From Eledone cirrhosa (lineage: Eukaryota), in NCBI GenBank assembly GCA_964016885.1, contig OZ024741.1, positions 271,622,001-271,686,000 on the forward strand: a stretch of 64,000 nucleotides of DNA, in the 5' to 3' direction. The notes beneath the pieces were generated by a model, which saw only the letters and a program-made list of their open reading frames with translations, was not told the origin of the DNA and searched no databases. Shown piece by piece: positions 22,812 through 36,700 of the stretch. Numbering within the stretch: position 1 is the first letter of the stretch; each line of letters opens with the position of its first letter. Position numbers and translations under genes: made by a program.

Positions 22812-24783
22812 TCTCTCTGATTAGTTGCGCTATTACTTTTTACGTGACCTTCATGACCTGGTCGATTAATTTAATGCCTCTATAGTTACTCCTATCTAGG
22901 GCATCTCCTTTTCCCTTATAGCAGTTAACGATGATGCTGTTACGCCAGTCCTTTGGAACAACCCCATTCTGTACGACTTGGTTAACTATCCGGGTGACCA
23001 TGGTGTGTCCCACCAAACCAGATGCCTTCAGCATCTCAGCAACTATTTCCGAAGGACCAGCCGCCTTACCCGTCTTCATATCTTTGATTGCCTTGCTTAT
23101 TGTACTACCCTGGACTAACACTGCTGGTCCCTCTATTGGGTCGATGTGGGGGAGACTGTCTTTCTCCTATTTGTTCTCCTCATTTAGAAGCCTTTCGTAG
23201 TGACACTTCCAAGCTACCTTCTTATCAGCGTCGGTGATGGCAAGTATGCCATCATCGTTAAGTACACACTTCTCCCCGACAATATCACGGTTTTCCTTGA
23301 CACATTGCCTGGCAATCCTGAACACCTCACGTTTTTGGTCCTCACGTTGTAGAACATGCTTGAACTTTCTTTCCTCTGCTTCCCTTCTTGTGAAGTACAC
23401 TCGTCTCCTAGCCTCCCTCCTGGCCACTTGATAGTCTTCTCTACTTCCCCCATCCCGCCATACTTTCCAAGCCTGCCTTTTGGCCTTAATTGACTCCTCC
23501 ACCTTACTGTTCCACCACCATGTTACTCTCCTCCTACTTACAGGCCTGCTCCAGCCACAGACTTCGTCTGCCGCCGTCAGCAGGTTTGCTCTCAGGAATT
23601 CCCAGTTCCTCTATATTATACGACTCTAATTGCTCTTCCTTACTGTCGAAAGCGTCAAGTAATATGCTTTGAAATTTATTTCTGGCTATGGGGTCCTTTA
23701 GCTTCCATATTTTTCTCCTGAGGATAGTCCTCTTCCGCTGTCTAGTACGTCTCGTCCTGACTATGAGGTCGCTAATTATCAGTCTATGTTGGGAGGGATT
23801 TAGTGTTAACAACAGACACTCTGTCACGTCTTCTGGTAAGGATATAATCTACCTGGCTTGTGTGTTCCCCCGATCTATAGGTGATCAAGTGATTGTCTCG
23901 TTTTTTGAAGTTAGTGTTACAGATAGTTAAGTTATTTGCGTCGCAGAATTCCAGGATTCTGGAGCCTTCCTCATTTCTAGTACCGAACCCGTAGCCTCCA
24001 TGGATTCCGTCATAGCCGTCACAATGTTGTCCAACGTGACCATTTAGGTCGCCTGCAATAACTATATAGTCACTGTCGGTTATTTGGGAGGTAGCGAGCA
24101 TCAGTGTCTCGTAGAATCTGTCTTTTATAGCGCCGGGCAGTCCGGATTGGGGTGCGTACGCAGATATTACTGTCACCGTAGTTTTATTGAGGACAAGTCT
24201 TATTTTAATTATTCTGTCGTTCACTCTATTTACGTCTATTATCTTATCTGCCCACTTTTCTGCTAACATGATTCCTACCCCACCCAGCCCATTGTCATTT
24301 CCCATCCAGAAAAGCTTATAGCATCGTTTTTTACCCACAATGAATCTAGCAGACCCGCCCCTCCACCTGGTCTCTTGGATGCAGCAGACATCAACCTCCT
24401 TACGTTCAAGCATTTCTACAACCTCGTTTGAGCGACCTTTTAAGGTCCCTACATTCATGGTACCAACTCTGAAGTTTTGGATTGCGTTTGGCGGGTGGGG
24501 AGCAGGGAGAGGTGTGGTTGATGGGGTTGGGGTTATGTTGGCCATCCGCGGCCGCAACAAAGAGGGTGGGGCTTTGCCCTTTCGTCCGGCAGCATGAGGT
24601 GAATTTGTCGTTATCTTTTGCATTGTCTTCGGGTGTCCAGATTCTTCTGACTCTCCAGAAATTCCCAAGTTCATCCATCATATCGAAAAAGCAACCAGAA
24701 GAGCTAGCATAGGTCGTTTACTTGTGATTGGTCCAAATAATAAGGTGGAGAGTGTGGGCGGGATGGAGGGGTATGGCGTAGTT
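22812..24783 (-). mobile_element. RTE-clade LINE 5' half (5' UTR, AP endonuclease, linker, start of RT), 3'-truncated, with frameshifts and stops
   Basis: RVGTMNVGTL, CCIQETRW, ISAYAPQ, IAGDLNGHVG and SQVDYIL endonuclease motifs, then WW, KAAGPSEI and NYRGIKL. Homology ends at ~22812. Confidence 0.95.
23784..24674 (-). CDS. RTE apurinic-like endonuclease domain (pseudogenised ORF start)
   Basis: 296-aa ORF with a complete set of EEP/APE motifs. The frame is lost after KSLP because of a small deletion. Confidence 0.8.
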   Translation of the reverse strand: MNLGISGESEESGHPKTMQKITTNSPHAAGRKGKAPPSLLRPRMANITPTPSTTPLPAPHPPNAIQNFRVGTMNVGTLKGRSNEVVEMLERKEVDVCCIQETRWRGGSARFIVGKKRCYKLFWMGNDNGLGGVGIMLAEKWADKIIDVNRVNDRIIKIRLVLNKTTVTVISAYAPQSGLPGAIKDRFYETLMLATSQITDSDYIVIAGDLNGHVGQHCDGYDGIHGGYGFGTRNEEGSRILEFCDANNLTICNTNFKKRDNHLITYRSGEHTSQVDYILTRRRDRVSVVNTKSLPT

Positions 24784-27700
24784 TGCGAGGAGCAGAATTA
24801 TTTTTAGAACAACGGTGAGAAAGAACAGAATTATAGAAAGCCAATTTTGAATACGATTTTTTGATTCTGGGGGATTGTAAGATATATAGATGAATGAACC
24901 GAATGTGGAGAGTTGAGAAGAAATGGATATGTACGTTACATTTCGTAGAAGAAAACTGAACAAGCGACCATCAATAATAGGAGACAAATTCTGGGTTTAG
25001 TCCCCTGTAGCATGGCTTATTTATATTTGGTTGGCAAGGAGTGAGGAGGAGTGTGAGACCAGCGTATATGATAGAGAGAGTGAAGGGGTGAGAGGCGATT
25101 TCAGCAGCCCAAGAGAGAGAGAGGGCAATCCCTAATTTAACCTGGCATAATATCTTTTTTCCGCCAAAATGGTTGCAGGAATATTATTTAGAATTGTAGA
25201 AAGACAAACAATTATGAACATGATTTTTTTTTTATCCTGGGGGATTGTAAGATATATAGATGCGAGGAGCAGAATTATTTTTAGAACAACAGTGAGAAAG
25301 AACAGAATTATAGAAAGCCAATTTTGAATACGACTTTTTGATTCTGGGGGATTGTAAGATATATAGATGAATGAACCGAATGTGGAGAGTTGAGAAGAAA
25401 TGGATATGGACGTTACATTTCGTAGAAGAAAACTGAACAAGCGACCATCAATAATAGGAGACAAATTCTAGAACAACGGTGATATATAGATGAATGAACC
25501 GAATGTGGAGAGTTGAGAAGAAATGGATATGTACGTTACATTTCGTAGAAGAAAACTGAACAAGCGACCATCAATAATAGGAGACAAATTCTAGAACAAC
25601 GGTGAGAAAGAACAGAATTATAGAAAGCCAATTTTGAATACGATTTTTTGATTCTGGGGGATTGTAAGATATATAGATGAATGAACCGAATGTGGAGAGT
25701 TGAGAAGAAATGGATATGTACGTTACATTTCGTAGAAGAAAACTGAACAAGCGACCATCAATAATAGGAGACAAATTCTAGAATAACGGTGAGAAAGAAC
25801 AGAATTATAGAAAGCCAATTTTGAATACGATTTTTTTATTCTGGGGGGTTGTGAGATATATAGATGAATGAACCGAATGTGGGAGTTGAGAAGAAATGAA
25901 TATGTACGTTACATTTCGTAGAAGAAAACTGAACAAGCGACCATCAATAATAGGAGACAAATTCTAGAACAACGGTGAGAAAGAACAGAATTATAGAAAG
26001 CCAATTTTGAATACGATTTTTTGATTCTGGGGGATTGTAAGATATATAGATGACTGAACCGAATGTGGAGAGTTGAGAAGAAATGGTTATGTACGTTACA
26101 TTTCGTAGAAGAAAACTGAACAAGCGACCATCAATAATAGGAGACAAATTCTGGGTTTAGTCCCCTGTAGCATGGCTTATTTATATTTGGTTGGCAAGGA
26201 GTGAGGAGGAGTGTGAGACCAGCGTATATGATAGAGAGAGTGAAGGGGTGAGAGGCGATTTCAGCAGCCCAAGAGAGAGAGAGGGCAATCCCTAATTTAA
26301 CCTGGCATAATTTCTTTTTTCCGCCAAAATGGTTGCAGGAATATTATTTAGAATTGTAGAAAGACAAACAATTATGAACATGATTTTTTTTTTATCCTGG
26401 GGGATTGTAAGATATATAGATGCGAGGAGCAGAATTATTTTTAGAACAACAGTGAGAAAGAACAGAATTATAGAAAGCCAATTTTGAATACGATTTTTTG
26501 ATTCTGGGGTATTGTAAGATATATAGATGCGAGGAGCAGAATTATTTTTAGAACAACGGTGAGAAAGAACAGAATTATAGAAAGCCAATTTTGAATACGA
26601 TTTTTTGATTCTGGGGTATTGTAAGATATATAGATGCGAGGAGCAGAATTATTTTTAGAACAACGGTGAGAAAGAACAGAATTATAGAAAGCCAATTTTG
26701 AATACGATTTTTTGATTCTGGGGTATTGTAAGATATATAGATGCGAGGAGCAGAATTATTTTTAGAACAACAGTGAGAAAGAACAGAATTATAGAAAGCC
26801 AATTTTGAATACGATTTTTTGATTCTGGGGTATTGTAAGATATATAGATGCGAGGAGCAGGAGCAGAATTATTTTTAGAACAACGGTGAGAAAGAACAGA
26901 ATTATAGAAAGCCAATTTTGAATACGATTTTTTGATTCTGGGGTATTGTAAGATATATAGATGCGAGGAGCAGAATTATTTTTAGAACAACGGTGAGAAA
27001 GAACAGAATTATAGAAAGCCAATTTTGAATACGATTTTTTGATTCTGGGGTATTGTAAGATATATAGATGCGAGGAGCAGAATTATTTTTAGAACAACAG
27101 TGAGAAAGAACAGAATTATAGAAAGCCAATTTTGAATACGATTTTTTGATTCTGGGGTATTGTAAGATATATAGATGCGAGGAGCAGAATTATTTTTAGA
27201 ACAACGGTGAGAAAGAACAGAATTATAGAAAGCCAATTTTGAATACGATTTTTTGATTCTGGGGTATTGTAAGATATATAGATGCGAGGAGCAGAATTAT
27301 TTTTAGAACAACAGTGAGAAAGAACAGAATTATAGAAAGCCAATTTTGAATACGACTTTTTGATTCTGGGGGATTGTAAGATATATAGATGGATGAACCG
27401 AATGTGGAGAGTTGAGAAGAAATGGATATGTACGTTACATTTCGTAGAAGAAAACTGAACAAGCGACCATCAATAATAGGAGACAAATTCTAGAACAACT
27501 GTGAGAAAGAACAGAATTATAGAAAGCCAATTTTGAATACGATTTTTTGATTCTGGGGGATTGTAAGATATATAGATGAATGAACCGAATGTGGAGAGTT
27601 GAGAAGAAATGGATATGTACGTTACATTTCGTAGAAGAAAACTGAACAAGCGACCATCAATAATAGGAGACAAATTCTAGAACAACGGTGAGAAAGAACA

Positions 27701-30700
27701 GAATTATAGAAAGCCAATTTTGAATACGATTTTTTGATTCTGGGGGATTGTAAGATATATAGATGAATGAACCGAATGTGGAGAGTTGAGAAGAAATGGA
27801 TATGTACGTTACATTTCGTAGAAGAAAACTGAACAAGCGACCATCAATAATAGGAGACAAATTCTGGGTTTAGTCCCCTGTAGCATGGCTTATTTATATT
27901 TGGTTGGCAAGGAGTGAGGAGGAGTGTGAGACCAGCGTATATGATAGAGAGAGTGAAGGGGTGAGAGGCGATTTCAGCAGCCCAAGAGAGAGAGAGGGCA
28001 ATCCCTAATTTAACCTGGCATAATATCTTTTTTCCGCCAAAATGGTTGCAGGAATATTATTTAGAATTGTAGAAAGACAAACAATTATGAACATGATTTT
28101 TTTTTTATCCTGGGGGATTGTAAGATATATAGATGCGAGGAGCAGAATTATTTTTAGAACAACAGTGAGAAAGAACAGAATTATAGAAAGCCAATTTTGA
28201 ATACGACTTTTTGATTCTGGGGGATTGTAAGATATATAGATGAATGAACCGAATGTGGAGAATTGAGAAGAAATGGATATGGACGTTACATTTCGTAGAA
28301 GAAAACTGAACAAGCGACCATCAATAATAGGAGACAAATTCTAGAACAACGGTGATATATAGATGAATGAACCGAATGTGGAGAGTTGAGAAGAAATGGA
28401 TATGTACGTTACATTTCGTAGAAGAAAACTGAACAAGCGACCATCAATAATAGGAGACAAATTCTAGAACAACGGTGAGAAAGAACAGAATTATAGAAAG
28501 CCAATTTTGAATACGATTTTTTGATTCTGGGGGATTGTAAGATATATAGATGAATGAACCGAATGTGGAGAGTTGAGAAGAAATGGATATGTACGTTACA
28601 TTTCGTAGAAGAAAACTGAACAAGCGACCATCAATAATAGGAGACAAATTCTAGAATAACGGTGAGAAAGAACAGAATTATAGAAAGCCAATTTTGAATA
28701 CGATTTTTTTATTCTGGGGGGTTGTGAGATATATAGATGAATGAACCGAATGTGGAGAGTTGAGAAGAAATGAATATGTACGTTACATTTCGTAGAAGAA
28801 AACTGAACAAGCGACCATCAATAATAGGAGACAAATTCTAGAACAACGGTGAGAAAGAACAGAATTATAGAAAGCCAATTTTGAATACGATTTTTTGATT
28901 CTGGGGGATTGTAAGATATATAGATGACTGAACCGAATGTGGAGAGTTGAGAAGAAATGGTTATGTACGTTACATTTCGTAGAAGAAAACTGAACAAGCG
29001 ACCATCAATAATAGGAGACAAATTCTGGGTTTAGTCCCCTGTAGCATGGCTTATTTATATTTGGTTGGCAAGGAGTGAGGAGGAGTGTGAGACCAGCGTA
29101 TATGATAGAGAGAGTGAAGGGGTGAGAGGCGATTTCAGCAGCCCAAGAGAGAGAGAGGGCAATCCCTAATTTAACCTGGCATAATTTCTTTTTTCCGCCA
29201 AAATGGTTGCAGGAATATTATTTAGAATTGTAGAAAGACAAACAATTATGAACATGATTTTTTTTTTATCTTGGGGGATTGTAAGATATATAGATGCGAG
29301 GAGCAGAATTATTTTTAGAACAACAGTGAGAAAGAACAGAATTATAGAAAGCCAATTTTGAATACGATTTTTTGATTCTGGGGTATTGTAAGATATATAG
29401 ATGCGAGGAGCAGAATTATTTTTAGAACAACGGTGAGAAAGAACAGAATTATAGAAAGCCAATTTTGAATACGACTTTTTGATTCTGGGGTATTGTAAGA
29501 TATATAGATGCGAGGAGCAGAATTATTTTTAGAACAACGGTGAGAAAGAACAGAATTATAGAAAGCCAATTTTGAATACGATTTTTTGATTCTGGGGTAT
29601 TGTAAGATATATAGATGCGAGGAGCAGAATTATTTTTAGAACAACAGTGAGGAAGAACAGAATTATAGAAAGCCAATTTTGAATACGATTTTTTGATTCT
29701 GGGGTATTGTAAGATATATAGATGCGAGGAGCAGAATTATTTTTAGAACAACGGTGAGAAAGAACAGAATTATAGAAAGCCAATTTTGAATACGATTTTT
29801 TGATTCTGGGGTATTGTAAGATATATAGATGCGAGGAGCAGAATTATTTTTAGAACAACGGTGAGAAAGAACAGAATTATAGAAAGCCAATTTTGAATAC
29901 GATTTTTTGATTCTGGGGTATTGTAAGATATATAGATGCGAGGAGCAGAATTATTTTTAGAACAACAGTGAGAAAGAACAGAATTATAGAAAGCCAATTT
30001 TGAATACGATTTTTTGATTCTGGGGTATTGTAAGATATATAGATGCGAGGAGCAGAATTATTTTTAGAACAACGGTGAGAAAGAACAGAATTATAGAAAG
30101 CCAATTTTGAATACGATTTTTTGATTCTGGGGTATTGTAAGATATATAGATGCGAGGAGCAGAATTATTTTTAGAACAACAGTGAGAAAGAACAGAATTA
30201 TAGAAAGCCAATTTTGAATACGACTTTTTGATTCTGGGGGATTGTAAGATATATAGATGAATGAACCGAATGTGGAGAGTTGAGAAGAAATGGATATGTA
30301 GGTTACATTTCGTAGAAGAAAACTGAACAAGCGACCATCAATAATAGGAGACAAATTCTAGAACAACTGTGAGAAAGAACAGAATTATAGAAAGCCAATT
30401 TTGAATACGATTTTTTGATTCTGGGGGATTGTAAGATATATAGATGAATGAACCGAATGTGGAGAGTTGAGAAGAAATGGATATGTACGTTACATTTCGT
30501 AGAAGAAAACTGAACAAGCGACCATCAATAATAGGAGACAAATTCTAGAACAACGGTGAGAAAGAACAGAATTATAGAAAGCCAATTTTGAATACGATTT
30601 TTTGATTCTGGGGGATTGTAAGATATATAGATGACTGAACCGAATGTAGAGAGTTGAGAAGAAATGAATATGTACGTTACATTTCGTAGAAGAAAACTGA

Positions 30701-33700
30701 ACAAGCGACCATCAATAATAGGAGACAAATTCTGGGTTTAGTCCCCTGTAGCATGGCTTATTTATATTTGGTTGGCAAGGAGTGAGGAGGAGTGTGAGAC
30801 CAGCGTATATGATAGAGAGAGTGAAGGGGTGAGAGGCGATTTCAGCAGCCCAAGAGAGAGAGAGGGCAATCCCTAATTTAACCTGGCATAATTTCTTTTT
30901 TCCGCCAAAATGGTTGCAGGAATATTATTTAGAATTGTAGAAAGACAAACAATTATGAACATGATTTTTTTTTTATCCTGGGGGATTGTAAGATATATAG
31001 ATGCGAGGAGCAGAATTATTTTTAGAACAACGGTGAGAAAGAACAGAATTATAGAAAGCCAATTTTGAATACGATTTTTTGATTCTGGGGGATTGTAAGA
31101 TATATAGATGAATGAACCGAATGTGGAGAGTTGAGAAGAAATGGATATGTACGTTACATTTCGTAGAAGAAAACTGAACAAGCGACCATCAATAATAGGA
31201 GACAAATTCTGGGTTTAGTCCCCTGTAGCATGGCTTATTTATATTTGGTTGGCAAGGAGTGAGGAGGAGTGTGAGACCAGCGTATATGATAGAGAGAGTG
31301 AGGGGGTGAGAGGCGATTTCAGCAGGCCAAGAGAGAGAGAGGGCAATCCCTAATTTAACCTGGCATAATTTCTTTTTTCCGCCAAAATGGTTGCAGGAAT
31401 ATTATTTAGAATTGTAGAAAGACAAACAATTATGAACATGATTTTTTTTTTATCCTGGGGGATTGTAAGATATATAGATGCGAGGAGCAGAATTATTTTT
31501 AGAACAACGGTGAGAAAGAACAGAATTATAGAAAGCCAATTTTGAATACGATTTTTTGATTCTGGGGGATTGTAAGATATATAGATGAATGAACCGAATG
31601 TGGAGAGTTGAGAAGAAATGGATATGTACGTTACATTTCGTAGAAGAAAACTGAACAAGCGACCATCAATAATAGGAGACAAATTCTAGAATAACGGTGA
31701 GAAAGAACAGAATTATAGAAAGCCAATTTTGAATACGATTTTTTGATTCTGGGGGATTGTAAGATATATAGATGACTGAACCGAATGTGGAGAGTTGAGA
31801 AGAAATGGATATGTACGTTACATTTCGTAGAAGAAAACTGAACAAGCGACCATCAATAATAGGAGACAAATTCTAGAACAACGGTGATATATAGATGAAT
31901 GAACCGAATGTGGAGAGTTGAGAAGAAATGGATATGTACGTTACATTTCGTAGAAGAAAACTGAACAAGCGACCATCAATAATAGGAGACAAATTCTAGA
32001 ATAACGGTGAGAAAGAACAGAATTATAGAAAGCCAATTTTGAATACGATTTTTTGATTCTGGGGGATTGTAAGATATATAGATGACTGAACCGAATGTGG
32101 AGAGTTGAGAAGAAATGGATATGTACGTTACATTTCGTAGAAGAAAACTGAACAAGCGACCATCAATAATAGGAGACAAATTCTAGAATAACGGTGAGAA
32201 AGAACAGAATTATAGAAAGCCAATTTTGAATACGATTTTTTGATTCTGGGGGATTGTAAGATATATAGATGACTGAACCGAATGTGGAGAGTTGAGAAGA
32301 AATGGATATGTACGTTACATTTCGTAGAAGAAAACTGAACAAGCGACCATCAATAATAGGAGACAAATTCTAGAACAACGGTGATATATAGATGACTGAA
32401 CCGAATGTGGAGAGTTGAGAAGAAATGGATATGTACGTTACATTTCGTAGAAGAAAACTGAACAAGCGACCATCAATAATAGGAGACAAATTCTAGAATA
32501 ACGGTGAGAAAGAACAGAATTATAGAAAGCCAATTTTGAATACGATTTTTTGATTCTGGGGGATTGTAAGATATATAGATGACTGAACCGAATGTGGAGA
32601 GTTGAGAAGAAATGGATATGTACGTTACATTTCGTAGAAGAAAACTGAACAAGCGACCATCAATAATAGGAGACAAATTCTAGAACAACGGTGATATATA
32701 GATGAATGAACCGAATGTGGAGAGTTGAGAAGAAATGGATATGTACGTTACATTTCGTAGAAGAAAACTGAACAAGCGACCATCAATAATAGGAGACAAA
32801 TTCTAGAATAACGGTGAGAAAGAACAGAATTATAGAAAGCCAATTTTGAATACGATTTTTTGATTCTGGGGGATTGTAAGATATATAGATGACTGAACCG
32901 AATGTGGAGAGTTGAGAAGAAATGGATATGTACGTTACATTTCGTAGAAGAAAACTGAACAAGCGACCATCAATAATAGGAGACAAATTCTAGAACAACG
33001 GTGAGAAAGAACAGAATTATAGAAAGCCAATTTTGAATACGATTTTTTGATTCTGGGGGATTGTAAGATATATAGATGAATGAACCGAATGTGGAGAGTT
33101 GAGAAGAAATGGATATGTACGTTACATTTCGTAGAAGAAAACTGAACAAGCGACCATCAATAATAGGAGACAAATTCTAGAACAACGGTGAGAAAGAACA
33201 GAATTATAGAAAGCCAATTTTGAATACGATTTTTTGATTCTGGGGGATTGTAAGATATATAGATGAATGAACCGAATGTGGAGAGTTGAGAAGAAATGGA
33301 TATGTACGTTACATTTCGTAGAAGAAAACTGAACAAGCGACCATCAATAATAGGAGACAAATTCTGGGTTTAGTCCCCTGTAGCATGGCTTATTTATATT
33401 TGGTTGGCAAGGAGTGAGGAGGAGTGTGAGACCAGCGTATATGATAGAGAGAGTGAGGGGGTGAGAGGCGATTTCAGCAGGCCAAGAGAGAGAGAGGGCA
33501 ATCCCTAATTTAACCTGGCATAATTTCTTTTTTCCGCCAAAATGGTTGCAGGAATATTATTTAGAATTGTAGAAAGAGAAACAATTATGAACATGATTTT
33601 TTTTTTATCCTGGGGGATTGTAAGATATATAGATGCGAGGAGCAGAATTATTTTTAGAACAACGGTGAGAAAGAACAGAATTATAGAAAGCCAATTTTGA

Positions 33701-36700
33701 ATACGATTTTTTGATTCTGGGGGATTGTAAGATATATAGATGCGAGGAGCAGAATTATTTTTAGAACAACAGTGAGAAAGAACAGAATTATAGAAAGCCA
33801 ATTTTGAATACGACTTTTTGATTCTGGGGGATTGTAAGATATATAGATGAATGAACCGAATGTGGAAGAGTTGAGAAGAAATGGATATATACGTTACATT
33901 TCGTAGAAGAAAACTGAACAAGCGACCATCAATAATAGGAGACAAATTCTAGAATAACGGTGAGAAAGAACAGAATTATAGAAAGCCAATTTTGAATACG
34001 ATTTTTTGATTCTGGGGTATTGTAAGATATATAGATGCGAGGAGCAGAATTATTTTTAGAACAACGGTGAGAAAGAACAGAATTATAGAAAGCCAATTTT
34101 GAATACGATTTTTTGATTCTGGGGTATTGTAAGATATATAGATGCGAGGAGCAGAATTATTTTTAGAACAACGGTGAGAAAGAACAGAATTATAGAAAGC
34201 CAATTTTGAATACGATTTTTTGATTCTGGGGTATTGTAAGATATATAGATGCGAGGAGCAGAATTATTTTTAGAACAACAGTGAGAAAGAACAGAATTAT
34301 AGAAAGCCAATTTTGAATACGATTTTTTGATTCTGGGGTATTGTAAGATATATAGATGCGAGGAGCAGGAGCAGAATTATTTTTAGAACAACGGTGAGAA
34401 AGAACAGAATTATAGAAAGCCAATTTTGAATACGATTTTTTGATTCTGGGGTATTGTAAGATATATAGATGCGAGGAGCAGAATTATTTTTAGAACAACG
34501 GTGAGAAAGAACAGAATTATAGAAAGCCAATTTTGAATACGATTTTTTGATTCTGGGGTATTGTAAGATATATAGATGCGAGGAGCAGAATTATTTTTAG
34601 AACAACAGTGAGAAAGAACAGAATTATAGAAAGCCAATTTTGAATACGATTTTTTGATTCTGGGGTATTGTAAGATATATAGATGCGAGGAGCAGAATTA
34701 TTTTTAGAACAACGGTGAGAAAGAACAGAATTATAGAAAGCCAATTTTGAATACGATTTTTTGATTCTGGGGTATTGTAAGATATATAGATGCGAGGAGC
34801 AGAATTATTTTTAGAACAACAGTGAGAAAGAACAGAATTATAGAAAGCCAATTTTGAATACGACTTTTTGATTCTGGGGGATTGTAAGATATATAGATGG
34901 ATGAACCGAATGTGGAGAGTTGAGAAGAAATGGATATGTACGTTACATTTCGTAGAAGAAAACTGAACAAGCGACCATCAATAATAGGAGACAAATTCTA
35001 GAACAACTGTGAGAAAGAACAGAATTATAGAAAGCCAATTTTGAATACGATTTTTTGATTCTGGGGGATTGTAAGATATATAGATGAATGAACCGAATGT
35101 GGAGAGTTGAGAAGAAATGGATATGTACGTTACATTTCGTAGAAGAAAACTGAACAAGCGACCATCAATAATAGGAGACAAATTCTAGAACAACGGTGAG
35201 AAAGAACAGAATTATAGAAAGCCAATTTTGAATACGATTTTTTGATTCTGGGGGATTGTAAGATATATAGATGAATGAACCGAATGTGGAGAGTTGAGAA
35301 GAAATGGATATGTACGTTACATTTCGTAGAAGAAAACTGAACAAGCGACCATCAATAATAGGAGACAAATTCTGGGTTTAGTCCCCTGTAGCATGGCTTA
35401 TTTATATTTGGTTGGCAAGGAGTGAGGAGGAGTGTGAGACCAGCGTATATGATAGAGAGAGTGAAGGGGTGAGAGGCGATTTCAGCAGCCCAAGAGAGAG
35501 AGAGGGCAATCCCTAATTTAACCTGGCATAATATCTTTTTTCCGCCAAAATGGTTGCAGGAATATTATTTAGAATTGTAGAAAGACAAACAATTATGAAC
35601 ATGATTTTTTTTTTATCCTGGGGGATTGTAAGATATATAGATGCGAGGAGCAGAATTATTTTTAGAACAACAGTGAGAAAGAACAGAATTATAGAAAGCC
35701 AATTTTGAATACGACTTTTTGATTCTGGGGGATTGTAAGATATATAGATGAATGAACCGAATGTGGAGAATTGAGAAGAAATGGATATGGACGTTACATT
35801 TCGTAGAAGAAAACTGAACAAGCGACCATCAATAATAGGAGACAAATTCTAGAACAACGGTGATATATAGATGAATGAACCGAATGTGGAGAGTTGAGAA
35901 GAAATGGATATGTACGTTACATTTCGTAGAAGAAAACTGAACAAGCGACCATCAATAATAGGAGACAAATTCTAGAACAACGGTGAGAAAGAACAGAATT
36001 ATAGAAAGCCAATTTTGAATACGATTTTTTGATTCTGGGGGATTGTAAGATATATAGATGAATGAACCGAATGTGGAGAGTTGAGAAGAAATGGATATGT
36101 ACGTTACATTTCGTAGAAGAAAACTGAACAAGCGACCATCAATAATAGGAGACAAATTCTAGAATAACGGTGAGAAAGAACAGAATTATAGAAAGCCAAT
36201 TTTGAATACGATTTTTTTATTCTGGGGGGTTGTGAGATATATAGATGAATGAACCGAATGTGGAGAGTTGAGAAGAAATGAATATGTACGTTACATTTCG
36301 TAGAAGAAAACTGAACAAGCGACCATCAATAATAGGAGACAAATTCTAGAACAACGGTGAGAAAGAACAGAATTATAGAAAGCCAATTTTGAATACGATT
36401 TTTTGATTCTGGGGGATTGTAAGATATATAGATGACTGAACCGAATGTGGAGAGTTGAGAAGAAATGGTTATGTACGTTACATTTCGTAGAAGAAAACTG
36501 AACAAGCGACCATCAATAATAGGAGACAAATTCTGGGTTTAGTCCCCTGTAGCATGGCTTATTTATATTTGGTTGGCAAGGAGTGAGGAGGAGTGTGAGA
36601 CCAGCGTATATGATAGAGAGAGTGAAGGGGTGAGAGGCGATTTCAGCAGCCCAAGAGAGAGAGAGGGCAATCCCTAATTTAACCTGGCATAATTTCTTTT

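Noticed and set aside
24920-24975. Possible hammerhead in the 187-bp monomer (minus strand GAAA-tgta acg taca-TA)
   Set aside because: A stem III-like hairpin exists, but there is no CUGANGA (nearest is TTGATGG) and no stem I or stem II pairing.
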